The notes: generated from the sequence alone by a model not told the origin. A stretch of 63,016 nucleotides of DNA, filler included, from Reticulomyxa filosa (GCA_000512085.1; 18 parts of 18 records of this genome joined end to end with filler, not necessarily neighbours in it); one strand, 5' to 3'. Positions 38,023 through 53,113 are shown, numbered from the whole stretch's first letter. Made by a program: numbers and translations.

Positions 38023-39512
38023 GGGAGAACACAGGAAAAAGAAAAGGAAAAAAGTATCCAGCAAAACAGAAGTATGGCGAAACAAAATGGCCAAATTGCA
38101 AGTTAGCACTGTTCATTCAAATAAACACAAATAAACAAAGGAACGTGACATTCAACAACAATAACAATAATAATAATAATAATAATAATAAAAGTCCCAA
38201 TGTGATACAGAAAAGACAAAAATGACGCAAGTGCAAATTGAAAACGAAAGAATGATTTCGGAGAGAGATGAGGCATTTCGATTGCTACGCAAAGTGGAAA
38301 AAGAACATGAATCGCGACTGCAGAAACTAAAGTCTCAGCACAACGAAGAATTGACAGTTTAATTAAACAAATGCTTCCACACAAAAATCAAAATAAAGTA
38401 TTTTTCTTATGTTTTTACAATACAAACGTACACAATGACAATAATAACAATAACAATAACAATAACAACAATAATGATAATAAGCAACTCTCAAACCGTT
38501 TTTTGGAATCTGTTGGAGCCGAGAATGAACAAGAAGTAAAAACGATAATAAACAAATTAAAAGAAAAAAATGAATCATTACAACAGCAAGTCCAGATACT
38601 TTCTGAAAGAGTTTAACATTTTTGAAAAATGAAAAAAATTTTGGAGTAGATCACTCTATTTTTTCTGCTCCAAATAACGTAACATATACATATATGTATA
38701 TATATCTTACTTTATTTATATCATTTGTATGTATACATCTATTTCAAGTACACAAAGAGTTTTTAATCACATATTTGCTAAATAGTTAATAAGAAAAGAA
38801 CAGTCGTTGTTAGAAGCACTGCAAGCAGTGAATGATATAAGCATAACCACGGATGATGGAAGCAAAGCGGCTCAACCAACCACTATTCATCGACCTGCAA
38901 TAGGGACAGACCGTTCATTGCCTGATGACAAATGGAAAAAAACACAAACCCCAACCTGGCCTGGTTTAGTAAGTAGTCCAAATTCTCGCTCCGCTGCGAG
39001 TTCAATTCTATCTCCTAATTATAAAAATGGAGGCAATCCATCTTTTTCTTCTTACAACAATAATGAGTCGAACACAAACTTTTTCAGAAATACTCCCAAT
39101 CGATCGTCTGCAACTCCACAAGAACGCTTGCAATCTCCCCCTCCTGTCAAATCGCCGTCAGGAAAACAAAAACCAATCGAATTGGTGACTAATGTCTCTT
39201 TGGCAGATGACGTCACAATGAAACACGAGGTCATTTTTATTAATTTTTTTTTTTTTTTTTTACAAAAAAAATTAGTAATGTGCATTATTGTTGCTAATAA
39301 ATGATCAGACAATAGTGAATTTGGAAATGGTGAATTCGTTGCTGGGAAAACAAGTTGCAGAATTGCAACAACAACTGGAAGACTTAAAACCAAAGATTGG
39401 CCCTAAGAGCTCTCCAGATAAACTTAAAAATAATGACAACTATCTCAACAATGTTGAAAGCTTAGAATCTACAGCTCACTTTGCCAATGGAATGCCTTCT
39501 GATTTGCCATAG
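38023..39512 (+). CDS. Multi-exon coiled-coil/Ser-Pro-rich protein, 5' truncated
   Basis: Coding-like exons (38371-38612, 38786-39228, about 39309-39512) separated by AT-rich GT-AG introns. Confidence 0.55.
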
Positions 39513-39941
39513 AACTACTTTTTTACGTATCTGTGGCCGCTTCCAATTTGGAACTATTTTTATTTTTATATTTGGGACAAGTGTATAGCTGACGTGGGGC
39601 ATGTGTACCTTTTTTTCTCTCCTGTTGTGTTGCTTGAGTGGAACTGCTGCAATGTTTCAATGTGAATAAATACCTTTCGTGTTAATTATTCTTTTGTTGC
39701 ATTTCTTTTCTAAGCCCTCTCAGAATGTTTGTCGTTTTATTTCCAAATTTTTCGATGAAAAGATTTATTTCAGTTTAGAGTTGAAGGTAATTTTTCCTTC
39801 TCTAAGCTCAAAGAAATGCGTGTGTTAGTTATTTTTTTTACAACTTTAGTTCTTTTTTCTTAGCAAAAATTTTTGAATGGTCTTGAGAATTTGAATCAAA
39901 AATAGAAATCAAAATCTAAAAAAACAAATATGTCAATCATT

Positions 39942-42179
39942 TTAATATCCTTTCACTTTTCTTTTTCTTTTAATATTCTTTTGTTCATATTTGACAGGTC
40001 TTCCAAATAAAGGGAACGAACCACCCCAACCAATGAGAGAAGAACTACTGTCAGGTTGGCGATATGTAATTACATAAGCAGGATAGGTACACTCGTTTTT
40101 GTACACGTTCAAAATTGTGTCTTGACGAATGAATTTACAATCCATACCAACCCCAGTTGCTACCAAACCCAAAAAGATTTGATGACAATTGCTTCCGTCT
40201 TGACAAACATATTGAAATCCATTCATGGAATAAGTGTTACTTACAGCAAACCATAAACAGCCCCCAATTCGAGCATATTGAATATCAAAGCCAGTTCCTT
40301 TCCACATTTTAGAAGGTTCAGTTGCTCTTGTTCCGTGCCAAAAAGCACGTTCTTCTGGGTTAATTCCTCTGCTTTTTAAAGCTTGGCAATATCGATAATA
40401 GGAAATCCACAATTTTCCTTGTTGGATTCGTTCTACTTTTACCCATTGACGTTTAATGGTAGCTTCATCTTCGACATAATTCAAAACAAATTTCCATTCC
40501 TCGCTGTCCCTCTTAACATCATACGATTTAGAAATATTGGTCAACTTTTCTAAGTCAATCAATTCCTCGTTCTCACTCGCCCCTTCTTTGTTTACAATAC
40601 TATCTTCAATGTCCTCCCATTGATCAAAGAAGTATTCATTGTTCAACCACTCCTTTCGATTCAAAATTACTGCCAAGGTAGGTCTGCCTCCAGGTTCACC
40701 GTTGTGACGAGGACGTATTGGTATTGGCATTGGCAATGATGGAGGGATTATAGGTAGTCTCACTTGAGGTTTCAATGGGCATAATTGAGGTGGATGAATT
40801 TCTACATCACATTTTTTGTTTGGGGGGAGAAAAATATATAATTGCATATACTTTCTTTACATTAGTTTGTATGCATCAAACACAGAAAAAACACCGAGCA
40901 ATTGAAATAGAAATAACACAACTTTTGCACAAAATGCAATTGTTCTGATTGCATTTTGGACACCGGAATTGATCAACAGTTCTTTGCTCAATGGCCAAAT
41001 AACCACCGCATTGAGTGTCATTGCAGTAATACAAGTCACCGAACTCGGCAATCTTTTTTTCAGTGAGCATGTCACTCAGCTCTTGGGCTTTGTTTTTAGA
41101 AATGTGCGTAGTAATGTCTTCCACATTAATTCCGGACAGACAAGTCGGACATTGTGGCGATTGCTTGGAGCTAAGGGCCGTGTTGACGATATTGGAAAAG
41201 CAAGTGTAGCAGATAGGATCTTGACAATTTCTCAATTCGACACCGCCAGCCGTTTGTTTGTTTTGGCATCCATTGCAAGTGAATTCTTTCAAGTAGTGTC
41301 CATCCTGGAGCATGCGGGCCATCTCTTCGCTGACCAAGGGGTCGTTTTTCTCCTGTTGTAATCTTCGGGCTTTCTCTTCGTTCTCTTTTCTTTGGATTTC
41401 GGCAATGAACTGTATGCATTATGCAGTTGCACAAGTTTTGCACAGATATGTATACGTGTACGATATTTTATCTTACATATTCAAAGTTGAAATGGCAATT
41501 AATATATTGGGGAAAAAACTTTTATGTTAAAAAAAAAAAAAAAGGGGGCGTATTCGCGAACTTGCAATTTTTTTCCTCCTTTTTTTTTTTTTTTTTTTAA
41601 CTTTTTTTGACATTTCTCTTTTTTCAATTCATCCAACAAACGAAACGCTCGACTTCGAGAACGGTCACTTTCAACGCCCAACTGTTCCATTTGTTTGATA
41701 AAACCTTCAACATTGCGAAAGGGGTTATCGACAATGTCCAAAACAGATCGAATGTATTCGGTGAACACAAAGTCATTGGTATCTTCCCATTGGTCTTTTT
41801 CGTGAAGTATGTTGGTATCTACTTTTTTTTTTCTTCCTCTTCTTCCTCCACTCGCATCTGTTCTTTTTCATCAACTTCCATGGAAGTCACATCGATTTTG
41901 CGAAGTTCTTTGGCGCTCGCTTTGACAAAGTAGGGCTCGTTGTTGCCACCCTGTTTGTTGATTTCCACAAAGTACTTGTTGTCGTCAAACAATCCGTGCA
42001 CAATGCCATCAAACCACTGTTGTGCATTTTCGTCAAACACCCGCACTTTCTCTTCGCTTTTAAAGTCCTCGGCCTGGTTGTTCTTTTCGGCGGCACGCTC
42101 ATTATTCGGGCCTGTCTGCACATTTTTCATTTCCGCATCGACAATTTTTTCTTCTTTCGCGGGTTGTTTCTTGTTACTC
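39942..42179 (-). CDS. Tudor/Agenet-like - RING - IBR - PARP-family catalytic domain fusion protein, probably 5' truncated
   Basis: KVRVFDENAQQWFDGIV...KYFVE; RING CNGC...CQDPICYTC...CPTC; IBR CNDTQC...CPKCNQNNCILCK|KIHPPQLC (intron 40922-40802 in frame); PARP VERIQ..LW..Y...ERAFWHGT...GFD...WFA...QIFLGLVATG...YPAYVITY. One poly-A frameshift near 41825. Confidence 0.85.
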
Positions 42180-42292
42180 TATAATCGTTGGTATTTCACA
42201 AAAAAATTGGGAAAAAATTTTTTTTTTTTTTTCAAAGTTTTTTTTTGTTAAAAAAAAAATTTTAAAAATTTTACTTGTTGCATGTTGTCCCC

Positions 42293-42330
<38 letters not shown>

Positions 42331-42430
42331 NNNNNNNNNNNNNNNNNNNNNNNNNNNNNNNNNNNNNNNNNNNNTTAATTAATTAANNNNNNNNNNNNNN
42401 NNNNNNNNNNNNNNNNNNNNNNNNNNNNNN

Positions 42431-42643
42431 AAACACATGGATGAAACTCCACTGTCTACATCCAATCCGCCAAATCAACCCGATTCATCCTCGATCCCTC
42501 CTTCACAAAAAAAAAGGCCTCCGTTCCAAAAATACACTGGCGAATGGAAAGATGTCAACATTTATGACAAGGGAGTCATCAACAATGTCATGCAAGTACT
42601 TTTCCCTTTTCGAAATTATTCAAAGCTGTATGTACAAAAATAA
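42431..42643 (+). CDS. DHHC palmitoyltransferase, C-terminal fragment
   Basis: PaCCT-like motif NIYDKGVINNVMQVLFP. Confidence 0.7.
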   Translation, partial: KHMDETPLSTSNPPNQPDSSSIPPSQKKRPPFQKYTGEWKDVNIYDKGVINNVMQVLFPFRNYSKLYVQK

Positions 42644-45352
42644 CTCAACGTGCAAATGTCTTTGTTTGTTGTTTGGCGGATTGTAATGAGGATATTTTTA
42701 AATTTGGGTTCTATCGAATGATAAAATTATTCATCCATGCATTAATTTGCTAAATAATTAACCCTCATTTTGAAAAAATTGTTTCGAAGTGGAACGCATT
42801 TGTTTTGACTGAAAGGAGATAGAAAAAGGTTCGCCAAAGCAACAAATGCGTGTATAAATTAGTAATAAATAAAAACTTTAGTAATTTTGGGAAATAAAAA
42901 CTACAAAATCAGTTTTCCTTGGACTTGATAATGATACTAACGAGTTAAACAAACACAGCGGAACGGGTCCTGAGAATAAAAAAGTTTTTTTGATGTTGTA
43001 ATCAATGATCTTTTAAAGTACAAGCAGCTATTGAATATCCAACAAAAAGAAAATGAAGAAAAAAAGTGTATCATTGTGGTGGATGTTATGGTGTAGCACT
43101 TTGGCTGTGTGGATGGTACTGGTAACGACTGTCGTCGTGCAAAACTGTTCGATAGAAGACTGCCTGTGTGTGTGACGATGCCAGCAAACGGACACAACAT
43201 TGACGCACACGACGAAGAGTTGTTAGTGGAGACTGAACACATGGCGCGCTCGAACACAAACAAGTTGTTTGAGTTTTCGTGCATTTTCGGATGGCGTTGG
43301 TACGTCCCTCCCGACCCGCAATTATACGTAACTCAAAGTGATATGATCGCTATCTACGTATACGGATGAAAGAACACCCCTGGACAAATGACATTCATGA
43401 CCTTTGTCAATGCACTGACGCAGTATATTTTCGAGATCACTCAAAATAAGTTCAATTACACTTTATCATTTGGGATGGTACACATCAAACACTGCTTTTA
43501 TAATTTCACTTCACAAGAACCACCCATGACTGGACCTGCTTTACTTTGATGTCACTGAGACCACCTCACCTCCTTGCTGACACTTTTTTTTAATTTTGAA
43601 TTAGTTGTGGTCTTATATATGTGTACATGTTCTAGGTGATTAATGATTTTTTGTATGCGTGCATCTTTTTACATTTTTGTGTACGTTGTTTGAAATATGT
43701 TAACTTATTGTAAGTGCCATTTGTTCATACTTTTTTTCCCAATGTTTTTTAACCAGTTGGATCACATTAAAGAATAGTTTATGTTACTTTTTTTTTATTT
43801 TTAAAAAGAAAAGAATGATATCTTTTTTTTCTGAAATGATATTCTTCATCTCAAAAGTTTAGTAATGCACAAATGAACTCTCCAAAGAGGAAACACTTGG
43901 AGATGATGTGTTTTAGACTGCGGAAATAGAGAGAATGCAAGAAAGGATTGCTTTATTTCAATCAACAGCAAAACAACGATTGGATACAATCATTTGTGTC
44001 ACAATGATAACAACAAAGCACACAATGAGAATTGCAAAAAAAAAACAACAACAAAATAATGTTGCAGCGTATTTCATTATCAAAGGGATTGAACGGATAA
44101 CATTGCACAATTTGTATATTTATTTCCGCGTGATTTGTGTGCATCTCGAGCCCATAATATGTGCATTTAATTTGCTTTGGCTGGTGCAACAACAACACGC
44201 TTTGCAATATATTGAATCTAAATGATAACTATGATGATATAAGCGAAAGGGTCTTTGGCAGCAGCCAATGCAATAAGCGAAGAAGAAGAAAGGGGAGATA
44301 CATTGATACAATTACGACCCCAAGATTAGGCCATAATATCAACGTTATCTCAAGTGCCCATGACAAAATAGCAACGAAACGGAGACAATCAATTGGAAAG
44401 CAATATTCATGGACTTGCTACATTCACATTTAATACAATGGTTTGATCATTGTATAATGTGTTGAGCTGTCTTTTTGTCTCTGGACATGAATGAATGCAA
44501 GGGGAACGGCATTGCTTTGACGCGGAATAGTAGGTCGAGTTCACGTTTATAATGACCGGATTGTTCGCGTATTTGGTAAAGCGGAGTGGCTCTTGAAAAC
44601 GCAGTTATTACTACAAGGACGAGATATGATATTGAGAGTTTGTGCATTGTAAGAAAGATGAAATTACTTTCTTGATTTGGATATCGTCTTGGAAAGACCC
44701 ACCACATTTGTGTTTGATCCACGTGTAAATGATAATCTCAATATTATAGATACACTGATATTATTTCACGAACCAATCTCTTTATACGCTTGTTGCATTG
44801 CCACTATTCGTTGCCGTTAATATTGTTTACGTGAAAGCATCACATTATTATTTTTTGGATATCATTTGCACGACAATTTCCTTGTTGTTTTTATGACGCT
44901 TCCACTCTCACAAAGACAGCAATATTTGCTTCAGTGTGTCTTCTCCTTCTTGCGATCCCATTATCTCCACTTCTTGTTAACTTAGCATATTCTAGTCATT
45001 GTAAAAACAAACAACAAATTAATTCAAATTTTTAGAGAGAAAGACAATAATAATCAATGTTTTGTTAACTTCAATCTTCTTTTGAAAAGTATTCAAATCA
45101 ATGTGTCTAATTATCTCCTGCCAATCTTACCTGACTACAATTTACCAAATCAACGTCAATTGTGTCTTGGAAATATTTTGATGTATCTTTGGTTTGTCGA
45201 CATCTGGAGGGGGAGAGGTCACAAATAGCATAACCATAAATACATGTAAATGNNNNNNNNNNNNNNNNNNNNNNNNNNNNNNNNNNNNNNNNNNNNTTAA
45301 TTAATTAANNNNNNNNNNNNNNNNNNNNNNNNNNNNNNNNNNNNNNNNNNNN

Positions 45353-45882
45353 ATGAATGCAAATGGAAAAATGAAATCACAAAAGATGATATCACTCCTA
45401 TTCGTTTTTCCATTGATGCTTACCTTGAATTTATTAAACATAGTCCAGAAAACAAAGAAGAGGAAGTTAATTAATTGTGTAATCTTTGACAATTGTTTTT
45501 TCTCCAAATTACGATAACAAATATAAAATAGTGGACAGCATGTGTGATAATTGATGAAAGAAAAAAAGGTATAAAAATGAAGGAATTGTCATTTGAAGAA
45601 CTTCTTTTCCAAACATATCATTGTTTGGAGTCAAAAGCCTTCCAAAAGATCAACAATGAAAACTTAAAATTGCAATTGGTTGATATGAGGAATAATATTA
45701 TTGAATCGAATGAAGATGTTATGAAAGAATTTGAAAGTAATGAACCTACATTTAAAATTATTTGGACTTCATTTCAACAATCAATAATACTTGGGAAAAC
45801 AAAGACAATTAAAAATGCATTGGTAATACTAATTGCTTTCTACCTTGTGTATAGTCTCTTTTACGTCAGAAAGAAGATTTGA
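45353..45882 (+). pseudogene. Truncated PB1-like/caspase-family gene
   Basis: Intron 45466-45531 is in frame. LVDMRNNIIESNEDVMKEF resembles the N-terminal module at 17642, and KTIKNALVILIA resembles the first caspase strand. The sequence switches abruptly to unrelated DNA at about 45838. Confidence 0.55.
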
Positions 45883-46691
45883 AGCAAAACATGCCTCTTG
45901 AGTCCCAACAAGAGCTTTATCTTTCATCTCAACAATCTCGTTCTCTGAATGGAGATTGATATGCCATGAAAACTTGTCACTCGTTATTTGGTTTAATTTT
46001 GATCAACACAAACTTCTTCCGTAATAAGCCCAAAACATGAAGTGTGTTTGATAGAGGTGAGAGTGATAAAAGTGCCTTGAAACATAATATAATACGAGAA
46101 GCGTTCTACTCACTCTACTCCCGGGATGACAAATACATCACAATCTTCAAAAGGTATCCAGAAAAAAAAGGATTGATTTATTCGCTTTACTAAAATTGGA
46201 GTATTTAATCAATTAAAACTTGTATATTAATTATATTATTTTTTTTTTGTTTTAGTTTTTGTTGTAATGTTACAATGAACTTTTGATAGTACTTTTCTTC
46301 AATTTCGAATAACAGAGAAAAATTGAAAGATAGTGATTTCACTAGCTTTCATAATCATCNNNNNNNNNNNNNNNNNNNNNNNNNNNNNNNNNNNNNNNNN
46401 NNNTTAATTAATTAANNNNNNNNNNNNNNNNNNNNNNNNNNNNNNNNNNNNNNNNNNNNATAGTTTGTAAATTTTCAGAGTTACTCCAATTGATAAGTAC
46501 ATTTTCAGATGAATTTTCTTCGGACATAAGAAAGCAATAACTTTAATGCTGAGCTTTTAAACATACATGCAATTTGTTTGTAACATCTAGTTTTTAAAAT
46601 GCTATTTTTTCAAATTTAAAGCTTTTTCAAAAATAATCATGTTCAAACTTTTTTTTTAAAAAAAAAATTTTTACTTATTGTTGTTGACTGT

Positions 46692-47044
46692 TAATGAATA
46701 TTGCCCAAAATGACGACGGTCATGCTGCTGATGATTGTACTGGTGATACGTATAATTATTGCTTCTTCCTAAAAAAAAAGAAAATAACAACAAAATATTA
46801 AATGAAAAAGAGAAAAATATTTTATTAATTAACTGGTAAGTGGCATTACCATTATGACCACACTAAAAAATGATGATAAAAATATAATCCCGAAAACTGC
46901 CAATACAGCTTTGTAATAATCCAAGTTAACGGAATAAACCAGAGCAGCAAAACTTAAAGTAATAACAAATACGATTAAACTCAACTGGTAGGCATTTGAA
47001 TCTTGACATTTACGTACAAGTTGGTTTACATGTTTCATGATCAT
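46692..47044 (-). CDS. Small multi-pass membrane protein
   Basis: Two hydrophobic helices in ORF 46829-47044 and a possible second exon near 46692-46768. Confidence 0.35.
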
Positions 47045-47931
47045 CTTTTTTCTTTATAATAACTAGCTGGAAAAAAATTCAAGGGACAGTAAATTTTAAA
47101 TTTTTTTTTTCTAAGTTATAAATATTTATATTTTATTTTTTGAATATATGATAAAAATAACAAGTTAATTAAAAATTATATCTAAATAATTTTATTCATG
47201 CCAATGTTGAAATATAACACAAACCATTCAACAACATCATGTGTCTTTATTTTTGATTTTTGTAATAAAATAATCATATACACTCTGACAAATGACAGTC
47301 AAGTAATGTGTATTGTATGAAACTTGCATATATCATTTCGTAATGTTATTTTTACTTCATCAATTCACAACATCATTTGCTGCTGGGACTTTAAAGTAAT
47401 CAACAATTAAATATTCAATGAACACAGCTACTGTTTATGATATTGCATGTTTACTATTTGAAACAAAACAGCTGATTGTATTTAAAGAACATCAAAATTG
47501 GATTTTTAAAATATCGATTAAATCTAACAATTAAAAAAACGTACTAAATAGCATAAGTTAGAAATTAAACGGCAAGAAAAATTTGAAAGATGTGGTACTA
47601 CGTTTTTATGAATTTAAGACTTACTAAAAAATTCAAATAAATATGTTAAGTCATAAACCGCATTATTAGAAACATTGATAGTATAAGTATCGTGCGATTT
47701 TTCTGCAAACTACTGAAGACGAACTTGCGAAATCAAAAACGTGTTTTTCTCAAATTCTAAGATAGATACGATGATAATCTTTTTTTAAACTATATTTCGT
47801 GACTTGAGTGTCAAAACACAGAATATTTTTTTACTTTCATGAATTAAAAAACGACCAAGAGCATGTGTGGCCAGATATAGCAAAAACTGTTTAAAAAAAA
47901 CCATTAGGATCTATTATTAAAAAGTTGGAAA

Positions 47932-48946
<1,015 letters not shown>

Positions 48947-49526
48947 AGTCTATAATCTCAATACTGATACCCCTTTCTTTCTGTGCTACAAGACATACAG
49001 TTATCTTCGTTTTTGTTGTGTTTCATTCCCATTTTTGTTGACCTAAATTTACTCGCTTTTAATGAAAAGTATCTCATATAAAGAGTTTCGTATTATATTT
49101 TGTGCTAGTCAAGTGATAGTCAGCAAATTACATAAATATTTAAGTTTTTATTCATTTTTTTTTGAGCGATAATGTAAGAAGGATAGTCAAATTACAATAA
49201 AAACACAATAAATAAAAATTGACAAATTGTACGACGTGAAAAACACAGCTGTTACCTTTTTAAAAACAGTGAAAAATTCGAAATATAGAACGAAAATCAA
49301 ACTACTTGAATAACTTTTTAATACAAAATGTTTGATATAAAAGTTTGATTTAATCTTGTGTTAACTTCTCCAGAAATAAAATATATGACTGAATAATGAT
49401 TAATTGAAGAATGTGAGTTTCAAAAATTTAAAATTTTTAAAAGTGTTTATCATAAATTTGCAAATAAATACAACAAAGTTCACCAACTTATATAACATAA
49501 AATTAAAACTTTTCAAAGAAATTTTC

Positions 49527-52378
49527 TCAACAAATTTCAGTTAGAATCTTGGAATATTGAGTTATGATTATATTATTTTTTTTGTCATTTTCTACAAACG
49601 GCAAACCAAAAATCACAGTATGTGCCGTTGCATATTCAATATCATCAACTTGTATTAGGTTACTTTCAAAAAGAAACATAGACAATAAATTAACAAGGTG
49701 ATTACAACAACGTCGTTTTTTAAATTCTTCCGTTCTCTTTAGGTACTTTTCTACATTCTCAATTTGCCATTCGTTAAATAAGGATAAGTAAGTAGTTACA
49801 TATATATCGCTCTTCATGAATCCTAATAACAAATAAACAACGTTGAGATCAATGGAATGATTCCACATTGCACTTATTTGAATAGTTTGTTGAAGAAATG
49901 CATCATATTTTGCACACGTTAACAATATCGTTTGTGTATATTCATCTTCACGCTCCACTTTTGCATTCCAAGAGCTTAATTCTTCATGTATTTGAGTACT
50001 CAAATTACTAAAAGCGACCGATCTTGCAAATAAAATTTCACGTTCATGTTTATACGGAGATATCCATGACACATCACAGCTAGAAATGAGTGTACGCCTC
50101 ATGGAAGGATGAAAATGTAAAATACATCCTTGATCACTTCTATACATTTGTGCAATTTGAATATCATCAGAAGTACTCACATAATTAATAAAATAACCTG
50201 CTTTTATTTCTTTGATATTTTCCAATCTCACATCTCTCAATCCACAATATAATTCTATTGCACTTTCTTCTCTTCTTTCATGTTTATGCAATATATGTAT
50301 ACCATCCTGCAAGCAAAAATCCAAAAAAGGCCATAAATGATGTTTAAATTGTATTTGATCACGACTGAATTGGATATTACAGGTTTTTCCACAATACAAC
50401 AATATTGCACAAATATGATATAATTGAAGTGGATATCCCATTTGTTTATGAATCTCGTCATAATACAGTGTCTTCAATTCATTCAATATTGTTAATATTT
50501 TATCATTTAATATTAATTCATTTGAATTTTTTTTATTATAATTAATTTTTCTTTTAATTTCTTTATGAACACGTGAATTTGCTACGTCATTTTCACTTAT
50601 CAAATCACACAAATATTTATTCTTTATTATTTCATGAGAAATGCTTTTCAATAAATTGTCTATTGATAATCCAACCGGTGTCGAATTATCTTGAATGATT
50701 TTAACTTTGTACAAATCACGTTCATATAAAAATGGATCGAACTTAGGTTTTTCATTTAATGGAATATTATCTTTGCTTGGAATACTCTTTGGTAAATTAT
50801 TTCTTTCTATGGCAATCGTACATTTGTAAGATACCATAGTTATACATTTTATCTCCCAATATACCTGGATAATTGGATAATGAGTGCAATGTTTGTAAAT
50901 ATCATGTAATAATACATCCCCAGTATTTATATGTGGTTCAATTGATGGACTACATTCGTTTGGTACAAATTTGCAATATATTACTTCATTTGTTCCTACA
51001 ATAAAATGTATATACAATTGATATTGATTTTGTAAATGTTGAAACCCTTGTTTTAATGTCATTGAAAAAGGATTCAGTGACAACCTGGCGGAACTTTACC
51101 TTTATCTTTCCAAATGATATTAAAAGAATTGAATTCCTTCATAGTATATGTAAATATAAATACAAGTCGATTTGTACAGTATAGAAATTGTCGTTTCAAA
51201 ATATTAACTGAAAGAACATCTGAAAAGAAATTTCTTTGATTTGAATCAATTAATCGAAAGTACCAAGAATGATTTAGCGAAATACAAGCATATTTTGTAT
51301 TTGTGTAATTACTGTCAATATCAGTGTGATTATTGCGATATTCAATATGAACATTGAATTCTAGTGAATATTTGTTTGGATTTCCAACTTGTAATATTTT
51401 TACTGTTAATTTTTTTTTGTTTTTTTTTATTTTCATTCAATAGCACAATACTTCGATGACCATAATCCAATAATATTGCATATTCTTTCCATTTTCCATT
51501 CGATATCATATGAATTGTTTGTGGTATGTTTCTTATTTTGTATCTATTTTACAATAAAAATAATGGTGTTAAGTTATTTGCTTAATATATCAATTATCGA
51601 TTGCAAAATTTAAAACAAAACATAAATACAAGTACATTATTTGATTATAAATCCATTTTTGATAGTGTTTCCACAACTCCAATAATTGAATATTATTATG
51701 ATAATACCAATTTTCATCATTTCCTTTTTCAAATCCAATTTCTTGTAAATAATATTCCATTGCCGTAGATATTTCATCAAAATCTGCATTAAATTGGACA
51801 CATGTTTTTTTTAAATTTTGTGATAAGGTCTGGTGATTAATTTGACGATATTTGATGTTTGCTGGATGCTTTAAAATGTTCCATAATATGTGAATACACA
51901 TTTCTCTTATTATTTTTATCACACTATTTTCTTTCACTCTATTTCATATAATTGTATTTCATAATATTTTATTTCTTCAATATTTGTGTGTCACAGATCA
52001 AAATTTAACTCATTAATGTTACGAGCGGAATTGATCATGTTTAAATGATTGAGTGTTTCAATAAAAATTTGATTATATTCCTTCCATGTTTCTAAAATTA
52101 CGGCTCTACTAATTTGCTTGTCAAAGGCTCGCAATAATTTGATCAAAAGTTTTTGGTGTTGAGAAGGTGTGCTATGATTGATGGTTATTATGAGTACCAT
52201 TAGACAAAGATAAGTAATATTATACCTATGTTCAGCTACTTAACTTGTTCTCTTTGACGAAACGCAAGACTGTAGTTGCTTCGTCGAAATTTCCATCACA
52301 GCATTCCCATATTTGAGAAACAATCTTTTTTTTAATAGTAATGAAATTTTCTTGGAGTTGTTGCAGTTGATTAGCCAT
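49527..52378 (-). CDS. CUE/UBA-like x2 - PUB domain - unknown region - ARTC-type (R-S-E) ADP-ribosyltransferase domain; two frameshifts
   Basis: ATG 52378; introns 52244-52172 and about 52009-51939 splice in frame. PUB motif ILWNILKHPANIKYRQIN...LQEIGF. ART motifs AILLYCG, LYCGL (50241-50252), YVSTS (50169-50177), WISPYKHEREILF (ERE 50037-50045). Frameshifts near 51415-51430 (poly-A) and near 51090. Confidence 0.8.
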
Positions 52379-53113
52379 TGGCTGAGACTTGTTGAACAAA
52401 AAAAACTCTTAACTTTCAGAGTTCAGTTTATTTATCTGTTTTCCCAAAAAAATCAGTTTTATGTTATTCACGAATGTAGGCAAAAAAGTTTATTTTGTAA
52501 AATATAGCAGTCTTTTACTCTTCAAAGAAATTTTAAAATGGGATTTTTTATGATATATTTTCATAAGTACTACATTTTCATCATCTTTAACGAAATTTTA
52601 CCAAAATATCATTATTACCATTATCTCAAAAATTGTTTAAATAAGCTTTACTTTTGAAATTTCTCCATTCTTATTCTTTTGGCAAATAATAGACATTGAA
52701 TGACAGTAGTCTTTTCATTTGATAGTTTTCATGATGTCGGTTGCATAAACATTACGAGTGAAAAAACCGCGTATTCGTTAATCTCAATAATTAGTTATTG
52801 TGTCTTAGATCCTTTTTGCTTTGAGAAATGAAAATAAAATGAATAATGAAAATGTTCAATTTTCTTTTGCAAATTTAATTTTTGTTTTCAATCATATTAT
52901 CTCCTTTTCAGTAAATGGCAAGCCATTGTTTACATTATTTAGTACTGCATGTTCAAAATCCGTTCTATGTTTGTATTTTTCAGAAAAAAATATACAGAAT
53001 AAATTGACATTGTNNNNNNNNNNNNNNNNNNNNNNNNNNNNNNNNNNNNNNNNNNNNTTAATTAATTAANNNNNNNNNNNNNNNNNNNNNNNNNNNNNNN
53101 NNNNNNNNNNNNN

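Noticed and set aside
43049-44990. Possible decayed membrane enzyme or glycosyltransferase gene
   Set aside because: Coding-like, but no motif I can support.
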